From the IMG/VR virus record IMGVR_UViG_3300049979_000188: a stretch of DNA of 64,000 nucleotides, one strand, 5' to 3'. Below, piece by piece: positions 44,538-54,070 of this stretch. This DNA is from a virus. The notes under the pieces are model-generated. The model made no database searches, was not told the DNA's origin, and saw nothing but the letters and a program-made list of their open reading frames with translations. Each line of letters starts with the position of its first letter. The stretch's first letter is position 1. The position numbers and the translations under genes were made by a program.

Positions 44538-45128
44538 TTAAGCTAAAACGGCTAATTCATTGCGAAGCGTAGCAGCCAGTTCGTAATCTTCACTGGCTAC
44601 GGCCTGCAGCAAGCGCTCGTGGGTACGCGCGCGGCTCTGGGCCCGGTAAGCTGGGGTATCGTTAGGTTCCGCTTCCAGGATTTTAATCCAACCCGTCAGG
44701 TAACGGTAAACGTCCAAGGGACTTTTATAATTGGGTTGTTGAGACACCGTAATCGTACGCCCGTACCAGGTTTTCTTTTCGTAAGTGAAGCCCGCAGTGC
44801 GTAGAATAGCCGGGTTTTCCAGAAATTCCAAGTGCACCATGTCCATGGGGGTAAGACCCGCTTCCTGAAGCTCCCGCAGGATGGCAGCCTCACTGAGTCC
44901 GGTGAGCGGGCAGTAAGTTTGTACAACAGTTTTCCAGGTATGCTTTTTGGTGGGCACCTCCTGGTTGATACGTTTCTGGAGTTCATGCTCGTTAATCCCG
45001 AGCAGGGCCTGGGCTATCAAGCCGCAGTTGCAAGCGTTTGCTTTCGTCCAATCGTAATGAGCCGTATCATTTTTGAGCGCGTTGGCCACAACCTTGATGG
45101 CCTCCAGCAAGCGGTGTTTCTTCGACAT
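44538..45128 (-). CDS. hypothetical protein with a C-terminal UVR-like motif
   Basis: ends LLQAVASEDYELAATLRNEL; YDW....CNCG motif. Confidence 0.7.
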   Translation of the reverse strand: MSKKHRLLEAIKVVANALKNDTAHYDWTKANACNCGLIAQALLGINEHELQKRINQEVPTKKHTWKTVVQTYCPLTGLSEAAILRELQEAGLTPMDMVHLEFLENPAILRTAGFTYEKKTWYGRTITVSQQPNYKSPLDVYRYLTGWIKILEAEPNDTPAYRAQSRARTHERLLQAVASEDYELAATLRNELAVLA

Positions 45129-45154
45129 GTGTTTAAGCTAGTTAGGTAGAACCA

Positions 45155-45183
45155 GTATACGCCGAACTCACCTGGTACGTTAC
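45155..45183 (-). promoter_or_regulatory. phage ECF-like promoter motif copy
   Basis: GTAACG-N16-CGTATAC. Confidence 0.75.
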
Positions 45184-45209
45184 CAGTGAGCTCGACGTAT
45201 GAGCTTGGA

Positions 45210-45725
45210 TTAAGCGGCAGCCCGGCGCATCTGCTCGATGTAGGCATCGAGGCGGTCATCCACTTCAATGGCCTCGACCAACTGGCGCTCGGGGCACACC
45301 AGGTAAGCGGGTAGGTTAAGCAACTTGACTTCCGACTTGATGTGGGCCGAGTCCCGGTAAGGCATGGGAATGACCCCGGCATCGAGCTGCTGCTCGTACC
45401 CTCCACCACTGACTTTGGTACGGCTGAAAGGAATAAACAAGACCTTATCGCCCTCAAGCTCACTGAAATGGCGGTAAACCAGTCCGTAAACCCAGGTAGC
45501 TTGGTACCAGAAGCCGCCGGGCTCGGGTTGGGTGAAGCGCATTTCCAGCCGCGGCAGGGGTAAGTGGCGTAACCAAACCGGCTCGGTGGTCAGCTCATGG
45601 GCCATCCACCTTAGCTCACTCACATCGGCTTCGTCTTCGTACTTGGCAAGCTTGGCGGAGAGCTCCTGCAGCTCTTGCTCTCGCAAATCCAAAAGCTCGG
45701 TTAATCGTTGTTCCGTATTGGCCAT
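45210..45725 (-). CDS. hypothetical protein
   Basis: ORF tiling. Confidence 0.7.
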   Translation of the reverse strand: MANTEQRLTELLDLREQELQELSAKLAKYEDEADVSELRWMAHELTTEPVWLRHLPLPRLEMRFTQPEPGGFWYQATWVYGLVYRHFSELEGDKVLFIPFSRTKVSGGGYEQQLDAGVIPMPYRDSAHIKSEVKLLNLPAYLVCPERQLVEAIEVDDRLDAYIEQMRRAAA

Positions 45726-45743
45726 GGGGCTAAAAATAAAGGA

Positions 45744-46496
45744 TTAGGCGCCAAGCGCGTCGCTTTGGGTGTCAGTAGCGGGGAAACCACCAGCTTCCTG
45801 CGCCCTAAGGTGAGCCCGTAAATTGGTAATGAGTTGATTGACATCTTCGGCGCTACCTTCTTCGAGTAGCAGCTGAGCCCGCACGCGCGCACCCCTGCTT
45901 AGCAAGGGATGCGCCAGCAGCTCCTCCACGAGTACCCGCTGCTCGGGCAAACAGCCCTCGGCAATTGCCGGAATAAGTGGCAGGCGGCTGAAATCAGGCT
46001 CCGGGCCACGCGGGATGTCAATACGCCGGTACACCTGCTGAGGAGTACGCCCTTCGAGCCACTTAGCTAGGTAATTGGAGACGAATATGCCCGGGAACCC
46101 CTCCTGCTCCTCGTCGTAACCGGCGGCGGCCAGGGCTTTAGCCAAGTACTCCATGTCTTTGAGGCGCCCAACGAGTTGGTCGTCAAAGAGACGGTAAATA
46201 ACCAAATCAGCCTCCAACTGCTTGCTGTATTCTTTGTAGGCCGCCGGACTCAGGTTGTTTAGCTGCTCATCCGTAAGGTCCGAGCTACTGTCGAGGTGCG
46301 GCGGCTGTTTGAAGAGCAGAAACGGGTCGTTGGCGATAGTAAGCCCAAAGCACCCGTCGGTCAGACTCACCCCGTTAGGAGTCGTAAAGGGTTCGCTGTG
46401 GTGGCCGGTAATCACTTCCCGGTACTGCATGAGGTGAATACCCGGAAAAGGGCTCCCCCAGCAAATTTCGGTGGCGAAGCAGTTAATAACGGACAT
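45744..46496 (-). CDS. hypothetical protein
   Basis: start trimmed to MSVINC to fit the upstream stop. Confidence 0.6.
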   Translation of the reverse strand: MSVINCFATEICWGSPFPGIHLMQYREVITGHHSEPFTTPNGVSLTDGCFGLTIANDPFLLFKQPPHLDSSSDLTDEQLNNLSPAAYKEYSKQLEADLVIYRLFDDQLVGRLKDMEYLAKALAAAGYDEEQEGFPGIFVSNYLAKWLEGRTPQQVYRRIDIPRGPEPDFSRLPLIPAIAEGCLPEQRVLVEELLAHPLLSRGARVRAQLLLEEGSAEDVNQLITNLRAHLRAQEAGGFPATDTQSDALGA

Positions 46497-46497
46497 G

Positions 46498-46971
46498 CTA
46501 GAAACGTGAATAAGTGGGTCGGTAAAAAGTAGCGACCAGTTTGAAAACGAAAATACCGTAGGGAATACAACCCATCCAGCCAATACCCGTCCAGGCACCA
46601 ACAGGGTACCAGAGCGCGTAGACACTGCACACAATAAAGAGCAGCACGAGCGGGACCAGGCAAAAAGCTTGGCCGTAACCAAGCAAACTACTTAACACAA
46701 TGAAGGGCAGCAGGACTACTACCAACCCTTGGCCAACTTCACCACTATACCAGGCTAGCAGAGAGCCCACTAACACCAGTAAGGGAAAGAGTCCGGGTAT
46801 GCGCAGGGCCACGCGGCCGACGCGGTCTACGACGGGCGCTAGCAGGCGGTAGAAACCCAGCAGGACCCACCCACTAAGCAAGGCATAAACCAGCGTAATG
46901 AGCAGGATAGTAACGTAGTTGGCAACCGTAAAATCGGTAGCCGTACCGTGAAACAGTGGCTGGGTAAGCAT
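46498..46971 (-). CDS. integral membrane protein
   Basis: four or more hydrophobic helices. Confidence 0.65.
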   Translation of the reverse strand: MLTQPLFHGTATDFTVANYVTILLITLVYALLSGWVLLGFYRLLAPVVDRVGRVALRIPGLFPLLVLVGSLLAWYSGEVGQGLVVVLLPFIVLSSLLGYGQAFCLVPLVLLFIVCSVYALWYPVGAWTGIGWMGCIPYGIFVFKLVATFYRPTYSRF

Positions 46972-46976
46972 ACCTG

Positions 46977-47005
46977 GTCTACGGGACGACTACCGACTCC
47001 GTTAC
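46977..47005 (-). promoter_or_regulatory. phage ECF-like promoter motif copy
   Basis: GTAACG-N16-CGTAGAC. Confidence 0.65.
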
Positions 47006-47238
47006 TTAGCGGGGGTCACATCTTTGAGCAAGGCCTGCAGCCAGGTACGCGCGTCCCGAACACGGGTACGCGTAGGCTCAGCTGCTTTCTCAAAGGCCTC
47101 TACCGCAACGCTGATAGTGTTTTCGTCGACGCCAGCATTGCGCAGCAGCTCACGCATGGTGATGTTTATCTGGTAGAACTCAATCTTACCCAGTTCATCG
47201 TCGACGTGGCTAAGGGCTTTTTGCTGAATGGCCATCAT
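47002..47238 (-). CDS. small hypothetical protein
   Basis: ORF tiling. Confidence 0.6.
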   Translation of the reverse strand: MMAIQQKALSHVDDELGKIEFYQINITMRELLRNAGVDENTISVAVEAFEKAAEPTRTRVRDARTWLQALLKDVTPAK

Positions 47239-48032
47239 ACTTCGTGGAGGGGAAGGTTAAGTTCTGTACGGATAGCCGCAACCAGGGGCAGGAGCTGGGG
47301 GTAGCGATTGGCCACGTCGAGCTTGTACTCGAAGTCGTCTTCTTCCTGCCGGTATTGGGCCCGCATGGACTTGCTCTTGGCGCTGCCATCGTTGTTACTG
47401 ACATTGGCCAGGCGGTCGCAGAGCTTGTCGTAAGTCGTAACGAGCTCCGAGGCTACCCGGTCGTAGTAGGCCTGGTCGTGACGCTCTTTGCGCGTGGCTC
47501 CCGTAGAGGAAACCATGAGCTGCGTGAAGCGGGCAATGAGCATTCCGGCGAACTTAGCCACGTCGTTCATCGTACCGTAGCCATCCTCGATGTAGTCGTG
47601 CAGCCACTCCACCGCCACGGCAATATCACGCAACTCCTCGGGCAAGAGGTAATCATACTGGCGGGCAACGGTAGCAGCCGCAAGCAAGTGCGTGGAATAA
47701 GGCTGATTGCCGTAAACCTGGCCGGCTCCGTCGTGGGCTCTTACGGCAATTTGCATCACGCGGCCCAAGAGACCCTCGGGGCCATCGCCATAGTCTACTT
47801 GCATGAGCAGGTCCAGCTCGGTTGGGTTATAAGCCCGCTCGATAACTGAGGCCCACTCGGCTGAGGCCCCATCGGCCGCTTTAGCGGCAATGGCCGTAGT
47901 AGTGGCAAGCGGCAGCAGATGCCAGTAGCGCAGCAGCCAACTAACGAAGCTCTTGGCGCCGGCGGGTTTAGCCAGGTAGGCATCTGCCAGCTCCGCGGCA
48001 AAGGCAATGGGTAAGGGCAGGTTATGGGACAT
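47235..48032 (-). CDS. HD-domain hydrolase, RelA/SpoT small-alarmone-hydrolase (Mesh1)-like
   Basis: AH.G..Q.YG..PY..H, WLHDYIED, KLCDRLAN. Confidence 0.8.
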   Translation of the reverse strand: MSHNLPLPIAFAAELADAYLAKPAGAKSFVSWLLRYWHLLPLATTTAIAAKAADGASAEWASVIERAYNPTELDLLMQVDYGDGPEGLLGRVMQIAVRAHDGAGQVYGNQPYSTHLLAAATVARQYDYLLPEELRDIAVAVEWLHDYIEDGYGTMNDVAKFAGMLIARFTQLMVSSTGATRKERHDQAYYDRVASELVTTYDKLCDRLANVSNNDGSAKSKSMRAQYRQEEDDFEYKLDVANRYPQLLPLVAAIRTELNLPLHEV

Positions 48033-48037
48033 AGTAG

Positions 48038-48442
48038 TTAGATGACGGGCAAGCCCAGGGTGATAAGAATGCTGCGCAGCTGTGCGGCCGCCTCGCCGCG
48101 GCCCTGGGCCAGGCCACGGGCTCGGGTACTTTCCAGCCGCGAGAGACTACCCGGCTCAACGGGGCTCTCCTTCTGCTCGCTCTGCAGCAAGGCGCGCCGT
48201 AGAAGCTGCTCAACCAGTTGCTGGTAAGCGAGCTGATGGCTGAGTAAGGCGCCCACGTCACGCAGGTAATACTCGTAGTTGGTTCGCGGGGGCTGCTGCG
48301 TCCAGTCGCGGTCAGCCGGGATTTTCATTTGCGTGCGAATAGCATCCACCTTGTAGTGGATGGCCAGTAGCTCCGGGGCCGAGAGGAGCGGGCTTTGTTC
48401 AATAAGGGCTTGCATCGGCTGGAGTATGGCGTAGAACGGCAT
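48038..48442 (-). CDS. hypothetical protein
   Basis: ORF tiling. Confidence 0.6.
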   Translation of the reverse strand: MPFYAILQPMQALIEQSPLLSAPELLAIHYKVDAIRTQMKIPADRDWTQQPPRTNYEYYLRDVGALLSHQLAYQQLVEQLLRRALLQSEQKESPVEPGSLSRLESTRARGLAQGRGEAAAQLRSILITLGLPVI

Positions 48443-48890
48443 CGGTGAATCGAATCAGCCAGTCGCCAGGGGTAAGGCGCGAGAAAGGCTCGTCTCGGGT
48501 GATGGCGTAGGCCTTAGCCGGCAACTCCTCCACCTGGATAATACCCGCCTGAAGCAGAAAAATGAGCATACCAGCCCGGGCCTGGGCCTCACTAGCTCCA
48601 TACTCTTTAAGCTGACCGGGAAATTCACAGTACCAAGCCATCGGCCCCAGGTGGCCAACTGACTTGCCGCTTACCCAGTAAGGTGGCAGCATTTCTCCGA
48701 GCTCAGCCGCCGTAAAACCCACGCAATCGTTGCCGTGGGCATCAACTGGGGCATTGAAGCTGCTGCGGGTGTAAGCACCGGACGAACCTTCTTCAACCCA
48801 GAGGTTAACCCCATGCTGGGGGACACCGAGTGACTTTAACTGCAGTGCCTGCTCGCTGGTGCAGCACTGCTCAACGTGGTAGAGTACCAT
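48399..48890 (-). CDS. hypothetical phage protein
   Basis: EQA..LK.LGVPQ...FT.AELGEMLP...EAQARAGMLI.L family pattern. Confidence 0.65.
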   Translation of the reverse strand: MVLYHVEQCCTSEQALQLKSLGVPQHGVNLWVEEGSSGAYTRSSFNAPVDAHGNDCVGFTAAELGEMLPPYWVSGKSVGHLGPMAWYCEFPGQLKEYGASEAQARAGMLIFLLQAGIIQVEELPAKAYAITRDEPFSRLTPGDWLIRFTDAVLRHTPADASPY

Positions 48891-48904
48891 GAGAGAAAAA
48901 GTAA

Positions 48905-49192
48905 TTAAGCGGTGGCAGCTGACGTCAAATACGTGGCCTGAAAGTCCTCCCAGTCCATTTCTTCGTCGTCGTTGTAGTAGTCAACCCAGCCCTCGCCTTC
49001 GACCCACATAGTCACGAAAATAGCGTTGCAGTAATCAGGGATAATGTGGTTTTCGTAGAGAAACAAGTGCTGCATGGCCAGCACGTTCATAATGCGCAGC
49101 GCATCGTGCTCGTCAGTTACCTCCACCACGAACGTCGGACAGGGCACTTGCGGCATGTGCTCCACACGGAGCTTATGGGGGACTTTTTTCAT
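48905..49192 (-). CDS. P22 gp17-like (superinfection/abortive-exclusion counter) protein
   Basis: LRV.H.PQVPC..F.VEV.......L....F.YEN.I.PDYCNA...W.DYY.D. Confidence 0.75.
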   Translation of the reverse strand: MKKVPHKLRVEHMPQVPCPTFVVEVTDEHDALRIMNVLAMQHLFLYENHIIPDYCNAIFVTMWVEGEGWVDYYNDDEEMDWEDFQATYLTSAATA

Positions 49193-49197
49193 GACAA

Positions 49198-49226
49198 GTT
49201 TACGTAGTGAATGAGATGCCCGTTAC
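49198..49226 (-). promoter_or_regulatory. phage ECF-like promoter motif copy
   Basis: GTAACG-N16-CGTAAAC. Confidence 0.75.
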
Positions 49227-49646
49227 GAAGGGCCAGAAGTAGCGATGTCCCGTCGAGGGCAGCCCCTGGGTAAAACGTAAGTTATTGAGCAGGTGAAGAA
49301 TATTCTCACCGCCGCCGGGATTAGCCGAGTGGACCGTAAAGTCAGGGGCCAGCACGTCGTGGTCGAGGCAATAGTTGACCAGCCACTTGGCGCTGTCCAT
49401 GCCCGTTGGCAAGGGCAAGTAAGCCGGGTCCTGACTTAGGGGTGGATTACCTTGATGAATGCGAATGGCTCCCAAGTCGTGGTCAAACGAGAGGAAGCGC
49501 GGCAAACCGTGCTGCTCGATGTACTCGACAAAGGCATGATGAGAGCGCACCACGACCCACGTGAAGTACGGCGTGGGCTCGGGCGTGCGCTCGTCATCAA
49601 GGTAGAGCGCCGGCTCGCTCGGGTCAAAGTGGGCGAAATCTAACAT
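49200..49646 (-). CDS. cyclic-phosphate-processing receiver-domain protein
   Basis: LYLDDERTP...VRS...F...I...G.P..SFDHDLG...TG.D.AKWL...VHSANP.G..NI. Confidence 0.8.
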   Translation of the reverse strand: MLDFAHFDPSEPALYLDDERTPEPTPYFTWVVVRSHHAFVEYIEQHGLPRFLSFDHDLGAIRIHQGNPPLSQDPAYLPLPTGMDSAKWLVNYCLDHDVLAPDFTVHSANPGGGENILHLLNNLRFTQGLPSTGHRYFWPFVTGISFTT

Positions 49647-50092
49647 ACCAACGTGCGTTTAGGTGGGACGCCGCGGCGTCGGGCCCGGCGCTTGGGGCTA
49701 TTTTTACGAAATAAACCAGTCTCTACCGCGTGGCGCACATTAGCAAGGGGAGTAACCCATTCCAGGTTAGTACGCCGGTTGTCCTGCTTGTAGCCGTTCT
49801 TGTGGTTAACCTGGGTGCGAGTTACCGGGTCAGGGTTCGGGACGAAAACCAGGGCCACCAAGCGGTGAATCAAATGCGTCACACTCACGCCATCCTCCGA
49901 TAAAGCGACGGTCAGGTAACCCTCCCGGTCAGTTTGGTGGTGACGGGCACTAAGCAAACGCTGGCGGTGCGTGGTGTAGACCTGGCCCTGCGCATTGAGA
50001 AAGTAATGTGCATAGCCCGGAATGGGCCGAAAGTGAGAGTGCGCGTAGTAAAACCCCTTCTGAGAGCCGGCGTAAGGCACCTTGAGTTTCAT
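49640..50092 (-). CDS. NUMOD4/HNH homing endonuclease
   Basis: IPGY..Y.LN..G.V, GYL.V.L, IHRLVA..F.PN, VNHKNG.K.DNR..NLEW.T...N..HA. Confidence 0.9.
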   Translation of the reverse strand: MKLKVPYAGSQKGFYYAHSHFRPIPGYAHYFLNAQGQVYTTHRQRLLSARHHQTDREGYLTVALSEDGVSVTHLIHRLVALVFVPNPDPVTRTQVNHKNGYKQDNRRTNLEWVTPLANVRHAVETGLFRKNSPKRRARRRGVPPKRTLVC

Positions 50093-50658
50093 GTTTTCTT
50101 GTTTTTATGCGCCTTAACTAAGGCGCGATGCTTCTTGCCCAGCTCCTGCAGGTAAGCCTTTACCTGCACGGGTTCACCCAGCTCGGGTACCCACCACTTG
50201 AACATAGCTGCCGGGTAAGTATGGCCGCCACCGGCTACCCAATGAGGACCTCTACCCAGGTAATTCTGCTCGTATCCCGCATTAAACCAGCCGGCGCTCT
50301 GAAAGGGCGTGTAGACAAAGCAGCGCTGCCCATCCATGGGTGGCTCCGTGGCTGTCTCACGAGGCCGTATCAATTCCCAAGCCGGCTCCACGGCCTGCAC
50401 GCGTAGCCAAAGGGCAAGCTCTGCGCTACGAATGGGGGAGATGTGGCTCAAATAACCGGCCAGGGTCTTGCTTGTCACGCAGAAAGGCTCGTGCAAGCCT
50501 TTGCAGTGCTGGGTGTAGGTGTGCGCTTCCTTGCGAGTGTAGAAAGCAGCTTCGGTAATCGAGTCGGTATAGGTCTTACCACCGGGTAGCCAGTAGGGGG
50601 CCACCGTGGTCTCCCGATACCCCACGGCCAGGATGACATAATCTTTGCGCGCGCCCAT
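50089..50658 (-). CDS. hypothetical protein
   Basis: start trimmed to MGARKD. Confidence 0.6.
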   Translation of the reverse strand: MGARKDYVILAVGYRETTVAPYWLPGGKTYTDSITEAAFYTRKEAHTYTQHCKGLHEPFCVTSKTLAGYLSHISPIRSAELALWLRVQAVEPAWELIRPRETATEPPMDGQRCFVYTPFQSAGWFNAGYEQNYLGRGPHWVAGGGHTYPAAMFKWWVPELGEPVQVKAYLQELGKKHRALVKAHKNKKT

Positions 50659-50662
50659 CTGT

Positions 50663-51334
50663 TTACGCAATGGGATTGGCCAGCAACCAGGCATCCGCCT
50701 CGTGGCGCTTGCAACGGTGCGCAATCGTCACGCCGTGGGCAAAACCATTATCGGCCTCGATGCGGTCAGCGTCCTGCTTAGGCAGAATGTAGTAGGTAAA
50801 GGTTTGGTTACGCCCAAACGGACCCTTGAGAATAACCACCGGGGCCTGGGTATCCTGATACGCTTCAGAAAGGTAATTCAGAACTTCCTGGGACGTTGGC
50901 TGCTGGCCGGGCCCGTACTCTGTGTCAACAAGGATGAGTTTACCCAGGAGCTTAAAGTAGTCCAGCTCACCCTCGCGCACCATACCGCCGAAGGCTTCAT
51001 CCAGGAAAGAGGCGGCATAGCCTGCCGTCCCATCGAGGTCAACCACCAGTACTTGGGCGGGGGTAGCCGGGTCCAGGCAGTCACGCAGCAACGGTACTAG
51101 TCGGGCCCGCAGTTCTTCGCCACTGAAGCCGGGCTCAGCATGCATCTGCCGGGTACGCCCACCAGGCGTATCCGTGAAATCCCGAGCCACGGAGAAGTAG
51201 TGCACGCGGGGCTCGTCTACCACGAGCTCAGCTAAACTCAGGCCAGCTACGGTATGCTGGGGCTCAGGGGAGTTATCGGCTAGCACGGACAGGTGCTCCA
51301 GCAGAGTAACCGTATCAAAACGAGAAGTGGACAT
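50663..51334 (-). CDS. STAS-like (DUF4325) domain protein
   Basis: FSVARDFT.TPGGR...SGEE.R...VVDLDG..GY..SFLDEAFGG. Confidence 0.8.
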   Translation of the reverse strand: MSTSRFDTVTLLEHLSVLADNSPEPQHTVAGLSLAELVVDEPRVHYFSVARDFTDTPGGRTRQMHAEPGFSGEELRARLVPLLRDCLDPATPAQVLVVDLDGTAGYAASFLDEAFGGMVREGELDYFKLLGKLILVDTEYGPGQQPTSQEVLNYLSEAYQDTQAPVVILKGPFGRNQTFTYYILPKQDADRIEADNGFAHGVTIAHRCKRHEADAWLLANPIA

Positions 51335-51361
51335 TAACGTAAACAGGTTGGTTTCCCCTTA

Positions 51362-51390
51362 GTTTACGTTAATGTCCACTTCCGCGTTAC
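51362..51390 (-). promoter_or_regulatory. phage ECF-like promoter motif copy
   Basis: GTAACG-N16-CGTAAAC. Confidence 0.75.
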
Positions 51391-51893
51391 CAGGGTAAGA
51401 ACCTAGCGGTGAAGTAGCGGGCCAGCTCATGCACGTAGTGCAGCTCGTGGCGGATACCAGCTTGGTCGAGCTCGTCGATGACCCAGCGCTCGTTATTGGT
51501 TTGCCAGATGTCCACCCCTTGACGAGACCAGGTATAGGGCTCATCACCACCAGGGTCCCGGTAATCAAATCCCAAGCGAGCCAGGACTTGCTCGGTGAGC
51601 AGCTCGGGGGCGGGCGCAAACCCGGTGGCATAAAGTAACTCGTCAAAAAAAGCCTCGCCGGGTAGTACAAACTCAAAGGCGGATTCATCGACATCCACCA
51701 AGGTAACGTTCCCATCCGTTGGCGTTACGTAGATGTGACGCCGACCCTTGGTGAGCAGCGTGAGGAAGGGCTCGTGGGCTACCGACTCGTGGCTTTGAAA
51801 GTAGATGTTGTTCTGCCCCGGCTCGTGGGACCAAACTGGCCAAAAGCCACACGCCCGCATTTTAGCCTCATCAGGAAGATAGGTTACGCGCAT
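51387..51893 (-). CDS. hypothetical protein
   Basis: LTEQVLARLGF...LHYVHEL..Y phage family pattern. Confidence 0.65.
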   Translation of the reverse strand: MRVTYLPDEAKMRACGFWPVWSHEPGQNNIYFQSHESVAHEPFLTLLTKGRRHIYVTPTDGNVTLVDVDESAFEFVLPGEAFFDELLYATGFAPAPELLTEQVLARLGFDYRDPGGDEPYTWSRQGVDIWQTNNERWVIDELDQAGIRHELHYVHELARYFTARFLPW

Positions 51894-52147
51894 TCACCCA
51901 GCTCCTTTAACTTGGCGTTGACTTCTGCCACAATAGCCTTGAGCTTGGGGGTCTCATCTTCGGCGTAGTACGTTACCTGGTTCCGCTCGACCCAGTACTT
52001 GCCCCCAAAGCCCAGGGCCCCGCCAAAGCGAAACTCGTGGCAATCGTTACGCACGTGGTGGTAGATAAAGCTTTCCCGGCAGGACTCGGGGGCGCTGACC
52101 AGTACGGCCAGTACGTCGTAGATTTTATTGGCTTGCTCCGGACTCAT
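51884..52147 (-). CDS. hypothetical protein
   Basis: EFRFGG.LGFGGK motif. Confidence 0.65.
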   Translation of the reverse strand: MSPEQANKIYDVLAVLVSAPESCRESFIYHHVRNDCHEFRFGGALGFGGKYWVERNQVTYYAEDETPKLKAIVAEVNAKLKELGECA

Positions 52148-52376
52148 GGGCTTCTTTACTAAGGGTGATGCTAACACTGTAACCCAGTACCCCGAATACC
52201 TTGTAGAGGGTACTCAGGGTCACATTCAAGCTATTACACTCAATCTTGGATATTTGATTTTTCTGGACCCCAAGCCGTTCACCGAGCTGGGTTTGGGTGA
52301 GGCGCTGGGCCTTGCGGTATTCCCGTACTTTGGCACCAATAAGCTCGCGCTGGAGGGTAACTTGCTGGTCTTCCAT
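52125..52376 (-). CDS. XRE-family HTH regulator (HigA-like)
   Basis: IG..VREYRK...LTQ.QLGE.LGVQK.QISKIE. Confidence 0.85.
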   Translation of the reverse strand: MEDQQVTLQRELIGAKVREYRKAQRLTQTQLGERLGVQKNQISKIECNSLNVTLSTLYKVFGVLGYSVSITLSKEAHESGASQ

Positions 52377-52381
52377 TGGTT

Positions 52382-52762
52382 TTAGCGCCGCTTGATGTCA
52401 CCCGAGACCGTCTTAACACTACCAGCCACGGTTCCGCAGTGCACATCACCCGAGGTAGTCGTAACAGAGCCGGTTACGTTGCCTTTCACCCGCACGTCAC
52501 CCGACGTATTCTCCACCGAGCCGCTGACCAGACCGCCCACCTCGACGTTGCCCGACGTAGTGCGCAGGGTGCCCACGTCACCCGTGACAATACACTGCAC
52601 GCAGGTATCGACGCTGAGCGTAGCTACCGGACCGGTGATGTAGAGGTTAACCTGCTTTTTATCCGCACCGGGCGGGAAAATTTCCCGCCCGTCGATAAAA
52701 TACTGACCGTCTTTGATGCTGAGGTTATTGCCCTCAAAACTCATGTTATTGATGGTCACCAT
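52382..52762 (-). CDS. beta-solenoid repeat protein (DUF4097/bactofilin-like)
   Basis: repeated (V)xTTSGDV.V.G units. Confidence 0.75.
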   Translation of the reverse strand: MVTINNMSFEGNNLSIKDGQYFIDGREIFPPGADKKQVNLYITGPVATLSVDTCVQCIVTGDVGTLRTTSGNVEVGGLVSGSVENTSGDVRVKGNVTGSVTTTSGDVHCGTVAGSVKTVSGDIKRR

Positions 52763-52765
52763 ACC

Positions 52766-53224
52766 TTAGTGAAGCGAGAGGTGGGGAATGAGCTGGACAA
52801 ATTCGCTGCCCTCGACTTGGTTAGGCCCGAAGCGGTCGATGGCGTACGAATTAAAGTAGGGCGCATTAGCTGAGAAGCCCATGATGCGAATACCGGGAAT
52901 CCCATCAGCGCGCGAGTTAACGGGACGCGTGGCATACCACTGGCCCTGCTCGGGCCAATCCCCGACGTGATTGAAGGGACGGTTGTCGTCGCGCTCGCAG
53001 CGTACGTACGTCAGGTGCGCGTCGTAGACGCCAATGTCGCGGCACACGAAAGGCTGGCCACAGGCCAGGAGCCGGCGCGCGTAGGCGGAGAGAAAGTATT
53101 CGTCGCGCACTACCTCGCGCGGTACGTGCATGGCGTCGGCCATGGTAAAGTCACCGGAAATTTCCCGACCTGAAGAATGCATGGGGTTCATGTGGTTAGT
53201 CATTGCTCTATACGTAATAGCCAC
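52766..53224 (-). CDS. hypothetical protein
   Basis: ORF tiling; start uncertain. Confidence 0.6.
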   Translation of the reverse strand: MAITYRAMTNHMNPMHSSGREISGDFTMADAMHVPREVVRDEYFLSAYARRLLACGQPFVCRDIGVYDAHLTYVRCERDDNRPFNHVGDWPEQGQWYATRPVNSRADGIPGIRIMGFSANAPYFNSYAIDRFGPNQVEGSEFVQLIPHLSLH

Positions 53225-53535
53225 TAGGCGGCCACCCGGGCTGGGTCAATCTGCAGGGCCTGGGCCTCGCGCACGGTTTCCACAAACACCCACTCCACGC
53301 CGGCCAAGCCATTGGTGCCGTTGAGTCGCGGATGAATCTCGCCGACCCACCAGGCCGTAAAGTCGGCCACGGCCGCGGCGATAATGGCGGGCTGAAACCC
53401 GAGGTAGCGCTCTGAGCGCGGGGTGACAAGCAATGGCTTGCTCAAATCCAGGTGGGGGCTGGTGAACTCGTAGCTACTGGCTTGGTAACGCAGGGGCTTG
53501 AGGCGTTCGGCGTCGGTGAAGAAGGGAAGTTGCAT
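53224..53535 (-). CDS. hypothetical protein
   Basis: ORF tiling. Confidence 0.6.
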   Translation of the reverse strand: MQLPFFTDAERLKPLRYQASSYEFTSPHLDLSKPLLVTPRSERYLGFQPAIIAAAVADFTAWWVGEIHPRLNGTNGLAGVEWVFVETVREAQALQIDPARVAA

Positions 53536-53539
53536 CGCA

Positions 53540-54070
53540 TCAGGCGGCTTGACGTAGCAGCAAACGTAAGGGTTCGAAAAGGGGTACTAAACTAGCCAGG
53601 CCCTGGGTCACGACTTGCTCCATCACCCGGGCCTGGGAAAAGGGGAAGCTGCCTTCAAAAATATCCTCGTATCCGTCGTAGCCTTGGGCGTGGGTAATGA
53701 GCTCGGGGTGAGCCCCTAAAAAGCGGTACCAAAGGGAAATATAATACTGGATAACCAAGTCATCCATGCTTCGGTTGCTCGTCCCCAGGGTAACCCCGTT
53801 CGGGAGCTCAAAGTAGAGCAGCTCCAGCCCAGCCCGCTGACGTTCTTTGGCCTGGCGCCAGTCCTGGGCTTTGAGTAACTGCTGGTCCGCGCTCAGAAAG
53901 ACCTTGGTCGATTGGTAATGGTCTTCGATGGAACGCAGCTGCCCAAAGGAGACGACAGGGCAAAAGAAAGGGGAGTATTCCTTGGCGCCCCTGGAATGAC
54001 ACTGCAACAAGCGGCGCCCCTCGGAGTCGATACGCACCCGGCCGTTATCGACGTACTGGCTGTAGCGCAC
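53540..54070 (-). CDS. NADAR-like protein (DarT1-associated type)
   Basis: L.CHS.G...YSPF...SIEDHYQSTKVF...AK...YY..LW...L..HPEL...YDGYEDIF...SQAR. Confidence 0.65.
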   Translation of the reverse strand: MRYSQYVDNGRVRIDSEGRRLLQCHSRGAKEYSPFFCPVVSFGQLRSIEDHYQSTKVFLSADQQLLKAQDWRQAKERQRAGLELLYFELPNGVTLGTSNRSMDDLVIQYYISLWYRFLGAHPELITHAQGYDGYEDIFEGSFPFSQARVMEQVVTQGLASLVPLFEPLRLLLRQAA

